A stretch of DNA of 54,788 nt. It comes from an uncultured Verrucomicrobiota bacterium. Its GTDB lineage: Bacteria > Verrucomicrobiota > Kiritimatiellia > CAYTQP01 > CAZOLK01. A program made the position numbers and the translations under genes. Positions 18,058 through 25,566 of the stretch are shown here, in pieces. The stretch spans positions 1-54,788 of the forward strand of contig CAZOLK010000005.1 of the NCBI GenBank assembly GCA_964580325.1, written 5' to 3'. Numbering within the stretch: position 1 is the stretch's first letter; the number at the start of each line of letters is the position of its first letter. The notes under the pieces were generated by a model. The model saw nothing but the letters and a program-made list of their open reading frames with translations, made no database searches and was not told where the DNA came from.

Positions 18058-19383
18058 ATGATCCCACAGCATCTGATCGTGTCGATACCCCTTCTAGCGG
18101 CGATAATCACCGCCGCCTGGCTGCTCTATCTGGTCAGCCGTAATCTGATACGCAGCTTTGTTATCGCCACTTTGATCATCCTCTCGTTATACAGCTATTA
18201 TCGTCGCAATACCGCCAAATACGAGTATTACAAAGAGCAGCGCCGGCAATACTGCCTGCGCGACCACGATGACATCAATATTGCGCTGGTCTGGCCCACC
18301 AACACCCCCTACCAGTTTATTGAGGGCGTAACACTTGCCGCGGCGCAATTGAACACCAATGGCGTGCTGAGCAAAAAAATCCGCCTGCACACATTCAGCC
18401 CGCCCGATGACGGAAATCCGCGAACATACTGGAAAATCGCACGCCAGATCGCCAGAAACCCAGCGTTTGTCGCTGTACTGGGTTATGATTCGTCAACAAC
18501 AGCCATCGCCGCTTCGATCACATTCGATTACTATGGGATTTTATTTCTCACACCAGTGGCGACCAGTGAATCGTTGACCGAACACCGTTTCGATTACGTC
18601 CTGCGCATTATTCCTACCGATAATGAATACGCGGCCTGGATTAGCAGCGAAGTCATGTTTCGCGGCGCCACCAATGTCGCTTTGTTGCACGCACGCAACC
18701 ATGCCTATGCCGTCAACCAGGCCGATGCTTTCCGTGTTGCATTGGTTAAAAACAATATTACTATTGTTTATGATCGTTCATATCTGAAACCTAATGACGA
18801 TTTCCGTCTGATGATAGCTGAGTTGCGCGAGTTTTCATTTGACGCCATCATCATCGCCGATGTCACACCGCACGCTGCCAGACTGATCAAACAATTACGC
18901 GACCTGGGCATCTACAAACCCATCTATGGCGGTGACGGCCTCGATTCCGCCCCGGATCTAAACCAGGTGGCAGGTGCGGCAGCCAACGGAACCTACGTGG
19001 CCACCCTGTATTGCCAAGATGCCATAACCAACCTGCTGACGCATGAAGCCTTGATCGAGCATCGCGGACGCATCCCGCACGAAAACTTACTCAAACTGAA
19101 AAAATTCGTCCAGGATTTCCGCGCCAGGTTTGCCAGAGATCCTGATTTCTTTGCCGTCCAGGGCTTTGAATCCCTGACGATCCTGGCTCAGGCTTACGAA
19201 AGAACCGGCATCACCACACCGATCAGCGTCGGTAATACGCTCAAAGCCTATGACGAATGGTCGGGCCTTTATGGCAAATACAGTTTTTCCATGAACGGCA
19301 ACGTGGAAAACAAACCGATTTTCACCAAAGTCATGACGAACGGTGTTTTCCGATTGATTCCAACAGCGGAGGATGTACCATGA
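18058..19383 (+). CDS. Membrane-anchored type-1 periplasmic binding domain protein (LivK/Peripla_BP_6-like)
   Basis: 441 aa. Two N-terminal hydrophobic helices precede a LivK-like fold pattern (INIALVWP.., VAVLGYDSSTTAIAAS.., LRIIPTD.., NVALLHARNHAY.., FDAIIIAD.., IYGGDGL). Confidence 0.7.
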   Translation: MIPQHLIVSIPLLAAIITAAWLLYLVSRNLIRSFVIATLIILSLYSYYRRNTAKYEYYKEQRRQYCLRDHDDINIALVWPTNTPYQFIEGVTLAAAQLNTNGVLSKKIRLHTFSPPDDGNPRTYWKIARQIARNPAFVAVLGYDSSTTAIAASITFDYYGILFLTPVATSESLTEHRFDYVLRIIPTDNEYAAWISSEVMFRGATNVALLHARNHAYAVNQADAFRVALVKNNITIVYDRSYLKPNDDFRLMIAELREFSFDAIIIADVTPHAARLIKQLRDLGIYKPIYGGDGLDSAPDLNQVAGAAANGTYVATLYCQDAITNLLTHEALIEHRGRIPHENLLKLKKFVQDFRARFARDPDFFAVQGFESLTILAQAYERTGITTPISVGNTLKAYDEWSGLYGKYSFSMNGNVENKPIFTKVMTNGVFRLIPTAEDVP

Positions 19384-19568
19384 TCTATGTTTATTCGGCG
19401 ATTGCTTATGTAATTATGAGTATTTTGGTTGCTTTCTGCGGGTCAAACCGCAAGTTCGGATATTGGGGTTATTTCTTTGCCTGCCTGAGTTTAACGCCGT
19501 TCATCGGCATCCTGTTGGTTCTGGCCTCTGATCCCATTAAGAAAAATTTCGTTAGCAAAGATGATTGA
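19380..19568 (+). CDS. Small two-helix membrane protein
   Basis: The ATG at 19380 overlaps the upstream TGA (ATGA). The 62-aa product is MIYVYSAIAYVIMSILVAFCGSNRKFGYWGYFFACLSLTPFIGILLVLASDP... The track ORF starts upstream at 19257 inside the previous gene. Confidence 0.5.
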   Translation: MIYVYSAIAYVIMSILVAFCGSNRKFGYWGYFFACLSLTPFIGILLVLASDPIKKNFVSKDD

Positions 19569-19586
19569 AGATGGAGGAGTGAGCAC

Positions 19587-20207
19587 ATGACAACTACCCA
19601 CCCTGATCAAAACGGCCATGTCGGAAGCGAAGGCGTCCCGGATCCGGATTTGTCCCAATTGGAAGGGGAAACCCGCGAAGAACAGGCGCGACACCTGGTC
19701 AATAAATTCATGCTCGGTTCGCTGGCTGCCGGCCTGATGCCGTCTTTTATCGATGTAGCAGCCGTAACGGCAATGCAACTCAAAATGCTGCACTCCATGG
19801 GCAAGCTATACAACCTGCCTTTTTCCGAAAATGCCGTTCAATCGATTATCGCATCGCTGATTGGCGGCATCGGTGCGCGCAATATTGCCCGCGGCACATT
19901 TGGCTCCATAGTCAAGTTGATCCCGTTTGTCGGTCCTGTGGCCGGCGCCGCTACCATGCCCATGCTTTCAGCAGCTTCAACCTACGCCATAGGCACGCTG
20001 TTCGTTCAACATTTTGAATCTGGCGGCACATTCCTCGACTTCCAACCCACCAAGCTGAAGCAATACTATCGCGAACTCTTCAAAGATGGCCAGAGCATTG
20101 CCAGTGATCTGCAACAGGAAATCAAGAAGCGCAAACAGAAAAGCGAAGAAAAAACCGCTGACAAAAAAACACCAAACGAAACCGCTCCTGATAATCAGCA
20201 GGCATAG
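19587..20207 (+). CDS. DUF697-family membrane protein (paralogue 2)
   Basis: 206 aa, with GGAGGAG upstream of the ATG. The block AAVTAMQLKMLHSMGKLYNLPF.., LIPFVGPVAGAATMPMLSAASTYAIGTLFVQHFESGG is collinear with 14864..15385. Confidence 0.7.
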   Translation: MTTTHPDQNGHVGSEGVPDPDLSQLEGETREEQARHLVNKFMLGSLAAGLMPSFIDVAAVTAMQLKMLHSMGKLYNLPFSENAVQSIIASLIGGIGARNIARGTFGSIVKLIPFVGPVAGAATMPMLSAASTYAIGTLFVQHFESGGTFLDFQPTKLKQYYRELFKDGQSIASDLQQEIKKRKQKSEEKTADKKTPNETAPDNQQA

Positions 20208-20286
20208 CAACAAGCGTCGGAACAACACAGGAAGAAAAACAAGCCGACGTAGACTCAAACCAAGCTACAGGACAAGATCAGAACGG

Positions 20287-21021
20287 ATGAAGCTGTACTG
20301 TTTTCCTTTTGCCGGCGGCAATGCCAATTCGTACAAAGATTTGGCTTCCCATTTACCCAAGTCAATCGATTTCCACCCGCTGGAACCGCCCGGAAGGGGG
20401 CACCGCTTCGGTGAACCGCTATTGACGGCGTTACCCGCCATGGTCGATGATCTTTTTCCCAAACTGGATCTGACCAAACCTTATCTCTTTTTCGGCCACA
20501 GCATGGGCGCAACTCTGGCTTATCTTTTAACACGCCGCATCGCCGAAAAAAAGGGGCCTCTGCCCAAGCAACTGTTCGTTTCCGGTAGACAGGCGCCGCA
20601 ATGCGCACCTGTCCGCGGCAAGGTCAAACATCGAATGCCCCATGATGAATTCGTCAGAATGCTGAGCGATCTTGGTGGATGTCCTCCACGTCTTCTACAA
20701 GATCGCGAACTGCTGGAGCTTATCGAACCTGTTCTGAGAGCCGATTTTAAAGCCGTTGAAACCTTTGTTTATGCGCCTTTCAGTACCCCTCTCGACTGCC
20801 CGGTTACTGTATTGCGTGGCGACTGCGACGACGAGCTAACCTGCGAGGACGTCCGGCCCTGGCAGAACGAAACACGTTATCCATTGCGTATGAAACTCTT
20901 TACAGGCAATCATTTCTTTATTTTCAATCACTGGCCGGCTATTGCCTCGCTCATAGCCGAACAACAATCACTTCACCAACAGGAAACGGACCGCGCAAAA
21001 GATATTCCACTGCGAGTTTAG
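20287..21021 (+). CDS. Type II thioesterase (GrsT/PvdG-like, alpha/beta hydrolase)
   Basis: The first ATG in the track ORF gives MKLYCFPFAGGNANSY. It has the nucleophile elbow GHSMGA and a C-terminal GNHFF block. 244 aa. The upstream extension to 20086 overlaps the DUF697 gene. Confidence 0.85.
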   Translation: MKLYCFPFAGGNANSYKDLASHLPKSIDFHPLEPPGRGHRFGEPLLTALPAMVDDLFPKLDLTKPYLFFGHSMGATLAYLLTRRIAEKKGPLPKQLFVSGRQAPQCAPVRGKVKHRMPHDEFVRMLSDLGGCPPRLLQDRELLELIEPVLRADFKAVETFVYAPFSTPLDCPVTVLRGDCDDELTCEDVRPWQNETRYPLRMKLFTGNHFFIFNHWPAIASLIAEQQSLHQQETDRAKDIPLRV

Positions 21022-21102
21022 GTTCTGAATACACATTTATCCAACCATGACATTCATGTCTGGCAGGCACCCTGCCTGCCGAATGATGCGTGCACTTCCT
21101 TA

Positions 21103-21774
21103 TTGAAGCGTATTTGCAACCAGGAGGAACAGCGACGCGCAAACGCCTTCAAGGTTGAAACCTCGCGGACGCAATTTATCACAGCCCGGGTCTGGGTACG
21201 TGTGCTGCTCGCGCATTATCTCCAGATCCCCCCCCAAGCTGTGCGCTTTATCTATGACACCAACGGCAAACCCTCGATCAACACGCGACACGCGACACCC
21301 GACCCCCTGCCCGGACCTGTCATGTTCAATATATCCCACGCCGGGAATTGGATCTATATGGCGTTTGGTTTGGACGGCAAGATTGGTATAGATGTTGAAA
21401 ACGAACGTACGTTGTCGGATATGCCTGGCATTGCCATGCGCTATTTTTCAGCTCGTGAATATGCCTGGTTTGCCCAACATGCGGAAGCAGAACGACAAAA
21501 AGCCTTTTTTACTATATGGACACGCAAGGAAGCCCTGGTAAAAGCCATTGGAAAAGGGATTGGGGCACCTTTGGACCGTTTCAGCGTCCCACTCGACAAA
21601 CCATTGCCGGCCCTACTGACAGAATGCGACACCACGGTTTTCGGTCACGAGCAATGGACGATCTACGTATTGCAGGCACCTTCCGGCTATCAAGCCTCTC
21701 TGGCCCTGGACAGCGGCAGGTCCATGATAATCAGCCAAACTGAAGTCAACCGCCAGTGGTTGACCAATATGTAA
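21103..21774 (+). CDS. Sfp-type 4'-phosphopantetheinyl transferase (canonical-start minimum; the domain appears to begin upstream at about 21046)
   Basis: Motifs NISHAG, GIDVE and FTIWTRKEALVKAIG. The frame is open from 21022 and encodes ..DIHVWQAPCL.., a typical PPTase N-terminus, but no ATG, GTG or TTG occurs before 21103. See the finding on this junction. Confidence 0.85.
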   Translation: MKRICNQEEQRRANAFKVETSRTQFITARVWVRVLLAHYLQIPPQAVRFIYDTNGKPSINTRHATPDPLPGPVMFNISHAGNWIYMAFGLDGKIGIDVENERTLSDMPGIAMRYFSAREYAWFAQHAEAERQKAFFTIWTRKEALVKAIGKGIGAPLDRFSVPLDKPLPALLTECDTTVFGHEQWTIYVLQAPSGYQASLALDSGRSMIISQTEVNRQWLTNM

Positions 21775-21789
21775 ATCGATCCGGCAGCA

Positions 21790-21819
21790 ACAAGGGCAAC
21801 CTGCGGCGGCGGCCCTTGT
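21790..21819. terminator. Hairpin between convergent genes (bidirectional terminator candidate)
   Basis: acaagggc (21790-21797) pairs perfectly with gcccttgt (21812-21819), with a 14-nt loop. It lies between the PPTase stop (21774) and the VOC gene stop (21833). Confidence 0.5.
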
Positions 21820-21832
21820 ATATGCGTTCACT

Positions 21833-22204
21833 TTATCGTTCAACGATCTGCATCAGATTACCTTCGGGATCCGTGAAATTGCGGACGCGGCCACCACCCA
21901 CAGCCTGGACAATCTCCCCTTTCCAGGGAAGACCACGCATCTGCAGCTCTTCAATAGCCTTGTCCAGATTTTTCACCCGAAAAGCAAGGTGCGCATATCC
22001 AGGAGCATGACTTCCACGCTCCTGACGAAGCGTGCCATCTTCTTTCATAACTTCCAGAAAGGAACCGTCCGCGGCTTCAAGCAACCAGACCTTGCCAGAC
22101 TCCCCATCTTTTTTCTTATAATCAAGTGTCTGGCAATACCAGTCCGCCATGCCATCCACTTCATTTACCGCTACAGCCTGATGATCAATACCTGAAATAA
22201 CCAT
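21833..22204 (-). CDS. VOC-family (glyoxalase/bleomycin-resistance/dioxygenase fold) protein
   Basis: 123 aa with the VOC pattern: IDHQAVAV..VD....WY, HLAFRVKNLDKAIEEL, FTDPEGNLMQIVE. Confidence 0.8.
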   Translation of the reverse strand: MVISGIDHQAVAVNEVDGMADWYCQTLDYKKKDGESGKVWLLEAADGSFLEVMKEDGTLRQERGSHAPGYAHLAFRVKNLDKAIEELQMRGLPWKGEIVQAVGGGRVRNFTDPEGNLMQIVER

Positions 22205-22310
22205 GAGAAACTCCTTTTTATTTATTTATTCAGCAACTTGGTCATTATGAACCTATTAAATGTCTGTAAACATGTGAATAAAATTCTTCCAACACAAAAA
22301 CACTTCTAGC

Positions 22311-22543
22311 TTGCGTCCCGCAACGAAGCCGCATGGGATGAATTGCCCCTCAATGGTGAAGTTATTTTTGCGCACACCCTTAGGACCCACAGAAAAACAA
22401 CATGCCATTTTGAGGGCCAGCTATCTCATCCAGCGGCGTTGCAAAAACTCGAAATATTCTAATATTCCTGCGTTTTTGTGCCTTTGCTGGGCAGGGCAAC
22501 TTGACTCCAAAAAATGTCATGTTATTTTCCCGTGAACCCTTAG
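22311..22543 (+). repeat. Intergenic imperfect-palindrome repeat, copy B (most complete copy)
   Basis: Three arm units: 22311-22384 (+), about 22385-22445 (inverted), and about 22470-22543 (+). The core gaaatattctaatattcc lies at 22451-22468. The right end overlaps the TAA (22540-22542) of the adjacent minus-strand gene. Confidence 0.75.
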
Positions 22544-23595
22544 CCCGTAAGTGTAGCGTTGAAACGCTGTAATCCCTTCATTCCCAACCTTTTGATAGCA
22601 CCATGAGCTGCGTTGAAAGCTTTCTTGTCAATGGTGGCATTGAAAAAGTCGATGGCCCAGGCGGAATCAAGCAATTTTGAGCCGAACAATTCGCCATACA
22701 GCTTGTTGATCTTATTGTAATATGATTTGCCAAGATCTTTGTAGCCAATAGACATGCCCGATGAGCTGGCAAAAACGCCTTTACCCATCTTCGAGTGCGA
22801 TTTCGGGTATTTCGAGTCATCGGGAGACATGTCAATGCTCTTTTTCTGGCCATAAGACATGCCAGAACCGCCGTGCATACCCATGGAGGGTGTATGGGTC
22901 CATGTCTGTGTATAGTCCAGATCCTGAATCATTCTCAGGTACATCAGCAGCTCGATTTCCTTGGCCAACTGTTTCTCGTTGACTTGCGAGGATTTTGGGG
23001 CTTTGGCGAATTTTGAAGAGGTCAACGTTGCAATCGCGGCATCGCGTTGAGCAGTGGTCAATTTTGAGTTGGCGAAAATATGACGGGCTGTATCCCGATA
23101 CTTCAAAAAACACTCGCCAACGAACTGGACCAGACTGGTGAGAGCATCCGTTTCCGTGGTCCATTTCTGCGTGGAGGGGAAATTACCCCTGGTTTCCTCA
23201 AAAAGCTTCTTAGTTTTGCCTTCCAGGATTTTACCGCCAGCATCCCACAAACCGCCGACAATAAAGTTGGCCACTTTATTGGAAGAAACGAAATGAGCGG
23301 CTGCAAAAGCCTGGTTCATATTGTTTTTGCAGATCACATCCAAGGTTTTCGCCACAGCCACGGCTTTCCAGGTGGTTTGTGCAAAAACATGGGTAAGCAC
23401 GCCGCCGGAGCAGATTGTCAAAGCCATCATGCACAATTCGGTTTTTTCGGCATCCAACTTTTTCTGCGCTTCGCCGGTTTCTTTGTAGTTGCTCAAGGCC
23501 TTGGCGAAAGCTCTTGCATATGGATAGGCATGATAGAGTTCCCACCGTGTTTTCATATCTACACTGTTGTCTAATACAGTAGTCAGTTCTGGCAT
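22540..23595 (-). CDS. Orphan hypothetical protein (351 aa)
   Basis: The track ORF starts at GTG 23631. The ATG at 23595 is preceded by GAGGAGGAG with an 8-nt spacer (MPELTTVLDNS...). No TM segment, signal peptide or motif I recognise. Confidence 0.6.
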   Translation of the reverse strand: MPELTTVLDNSVDMKTRWELYHAYPYARAFAKALSNYKETGEAQKKLDAEKTELCMMALTICSGGVLTHVFAQTTWKAVAVAKTLDVICKNNMNQAFAAAHFVSSNKVANFIVGGLWDAGGKILEGKTKKLFEETRGNFPSTQKWTTETDALTSLVQFVGECFLKYRDTARHIFANSKLTTAQRDAAIATLTSSKFAKAPKSSQVNEKQLAKEIELLMYLRMIQDLDYTQTWTHTPSMGMHGGSGMSYGQKKSIDMSPDDSKYPKSHSKMGKGVFASSSGMSIGYKDLGKSYYNKINKLYGELFGSKLLDSAWAIDFFNATIDKKAFNAAHGAIKRLGMKGLQRFNATLTG

Positions 23596-24030
23596 TTTGT
23601 GCTCCTCCTCATTTTCAAACATTATTTTCACTGTTCATTTATTTGTAAACTTCACAATATCAGTTTTCCCCAATATGAAGTGACAGCAGAGCCTGGCTTC
23701 ACAAACAAGACTCGCCCATCAGAAGATGGATCTTCACCCGCACCCCAGGGATTACATAATATTCAAAAATATCAATAATATAGCATCACAATATATCTAT
23801 TCCTCACCACATTGAAATAGTACCACGCAGCAAGGGCGTTGTCAAAATCTTGTTTGAAATACATGAATGATTTTGCCTCTTCCGGCGATTGCATTGATAG
23901 TCGCCGAGAACATTGGCTTCAACTCGTTTATTAGCAATATGTTGCGGCTCATGACCAGAGTGTTTTATTCAGGTTCAGGATCGCACATCCTGAGGCGACC
24001 AGGCTTGGAAGTGTCAACATGGCGCAGAAT

Positions 24031-24066
24031 AAGGCGGTGTGCTGGTATGTCCCGCCTTTATTTCTT
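24031..24066 (+). terminator. Orphan intrinsic-terminator-like hairpin in a 0.63-kb intergenic gap
   Basis: aaggcgg (24031-24037) pairs with ccgcctt (24052-24058), with a 14-nt loop. A tttatttctt tract follows on the + strand. Confidence 0.4.
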
Positions 24067-24288
24067 AGCTGCTCCCATTTATTTGCCGGAAGACCCATGA
24101 TTTTTCATGGCGTTCATGTATCAAAAACAGTTTTGTTCACTGATAGAACCTAACGGAGCAGAATATGCACCCGGTTTCAGGGACGAGAAGAATAAATGTT
24201 TTTGAACGGATGAGCTTGCATCCACGTCAACCATGCTGTAATTTCGGGCGTTTATCTGGATCGAGTGTTTGGGGAGCAGACAGAAACA

Positions 24289-25554
24289 ATGCAATCAGAA
24301 ATGGAGCATGCGACCATGAAAAGAAAAACGGTTGGGCAGAACTGGATTCATTTGACGTCCTCAACACCAAACGGCAATCTTTTGGTATTGCTATCGTGCA
24401 CCGTGACACTATTGCTGCTAAAAGTCGGACCGGTTGTCCAAGCTTGCAGTGTACCTGTATTTCGCTATGCGCTGGAGCGCTGGCCAGCGGATCCGTATCG
24501 CATTGTGTTATTCCATCGCGGCGCACTCAACGAGGATCAGAAGAGACTGTTCGAATCCATCGAAAAAACCGACGACCCTTACGAATCCGTGCCGTTGTAT
24601 AATCTAACCATCCAGGTTGACGATAAAGTACCAGAAAACTACACCAATCTATGGACCCACCTCGAAGCGGAAAAAACGGAATTGCCGCGGTTGGTGCTGC
24701 TCTACCCTGAATACTATGGCTATAACGTACCGGTCTGGGCTGGTGAATTCACGAAGAAGAATTTGGATCTGCTGATGAAGTCACCCAAGCGTGAAGAAAT
24801 AGGCAAGCAATTAGCCTCCGGAACAACAGCGGTCTGGATCATGCTCTCCAGCGACGAACCTGAACGCGACAAACAAGCCAAAGCAAAATTGATCGAAGAA
24901 CTGAACGTGGCTGAAAAGCAATTGGAACTGCCTCATGAGCTGGACCCCGAAGATTCCACCTACGATATGTCGATGAACGACGACATTGAACTCAAAATCA
25001 GTTTTTCCGTGGTCGATGTGGACCGTAATGACCAGGCTGAAGTGGGGCTGATACAATCGTTGATGAAAAGCGGTCAGATTTTGACCGAAGGTTACGGCGA
25101 TATCACTGAGATCAAGGGACCGCTGGCCATTCCCGTTTTCGGCCAGGGACGCGCATTGACTGTACTGCCGCAAGATGAGATTACCAATTACGTGGTCCAG
25201 GTTTGCGAATTCCTGACAGGCCCATGTTCCTGCCAGGTCAAACAATTGAATCCGGGATTGGATCTGTTCATGCCTTTCGACTGGTATGCGTTGGTCGACA
25301 GCATGATCGGCGCCGATGAGGAGTTGCCGCCCCTGACTGTTCCGCTCAGCACCACCTCTAGCGTTGAATCGGTTACGAGTAAAGTAGCCCAGGCCATTGC
25401 GGAAACAAAAGCTGAGTCAGCCGCAGCGGCAGCGATCACCAACGTGGTTCAGAAATCCGGGGAAGCCAATAATTTGCGACGCAACATGCTGATTGTAGTC
25501 GCTCTGATCATACTGGCAGTGGTCATGGGCACGCTGCTTGTGATGCGCAAATAG
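24289..25554 (+). CDS. Periplasmic protein of unknown function with signal peptide and C-terminal TM anchor
   Basis: Candidate starts are GTG 24265 and ATG 24289, 24301 and 24316. Signal-like segment LLVLLSCTVTLLLLKVGPVVQA|CSVPVFRYALERWPADPY. C-terminal helix LIVVALIILAVVMGTLLVM. First gene of a five-gene operon with 4-26 nt gaps. Confidence 0.65.
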   Translation: MQSEMEHATMKRKTVGQNWIHLTSSTPNGNLLVLLSCTVTLLLLKVGPVVQACSVPVFRYALERWPADPYRIVLFHRGALNEDQKRLFESIEKTDDPYESVPLYNLTIQVDDKVPENYTNLWTHLEAEKTELPRLVLLYPEYYGYNVPVWAGEFTKKNLDLLMKSPKREEIGKQLASGTTAVWIMLSSDEPERDKQAKAKLIEELNVAEKQLELPHELDPEDSTYDMSMNDDIELKISFSVVDVDRNDQAEVGLIQSLMKSGQILTEGYGDITEIKGPLAIPVFGQGRALTVLPQDEITNYVVQVCEFLTGPCSCQVKQLNPGLDLFMPFDWYALVDSMIGADEELPPLTVPLSTTSSVESVTSKVAQAIAETKAESAAAAAITNVVQKSGEANNLRRNMLIVVALIILAVVMGTLLVMRK

Positions 25555-25566
25555 GAGAACGCACCC

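Noticed and set aside
22311-22535. 74-aa ORF covering repeat copy B
   Set aside because: The frame is not preserved in copies A, C or D, where stops occur in the equivalent frame. It is therefore a by-product of the repeat sequence.
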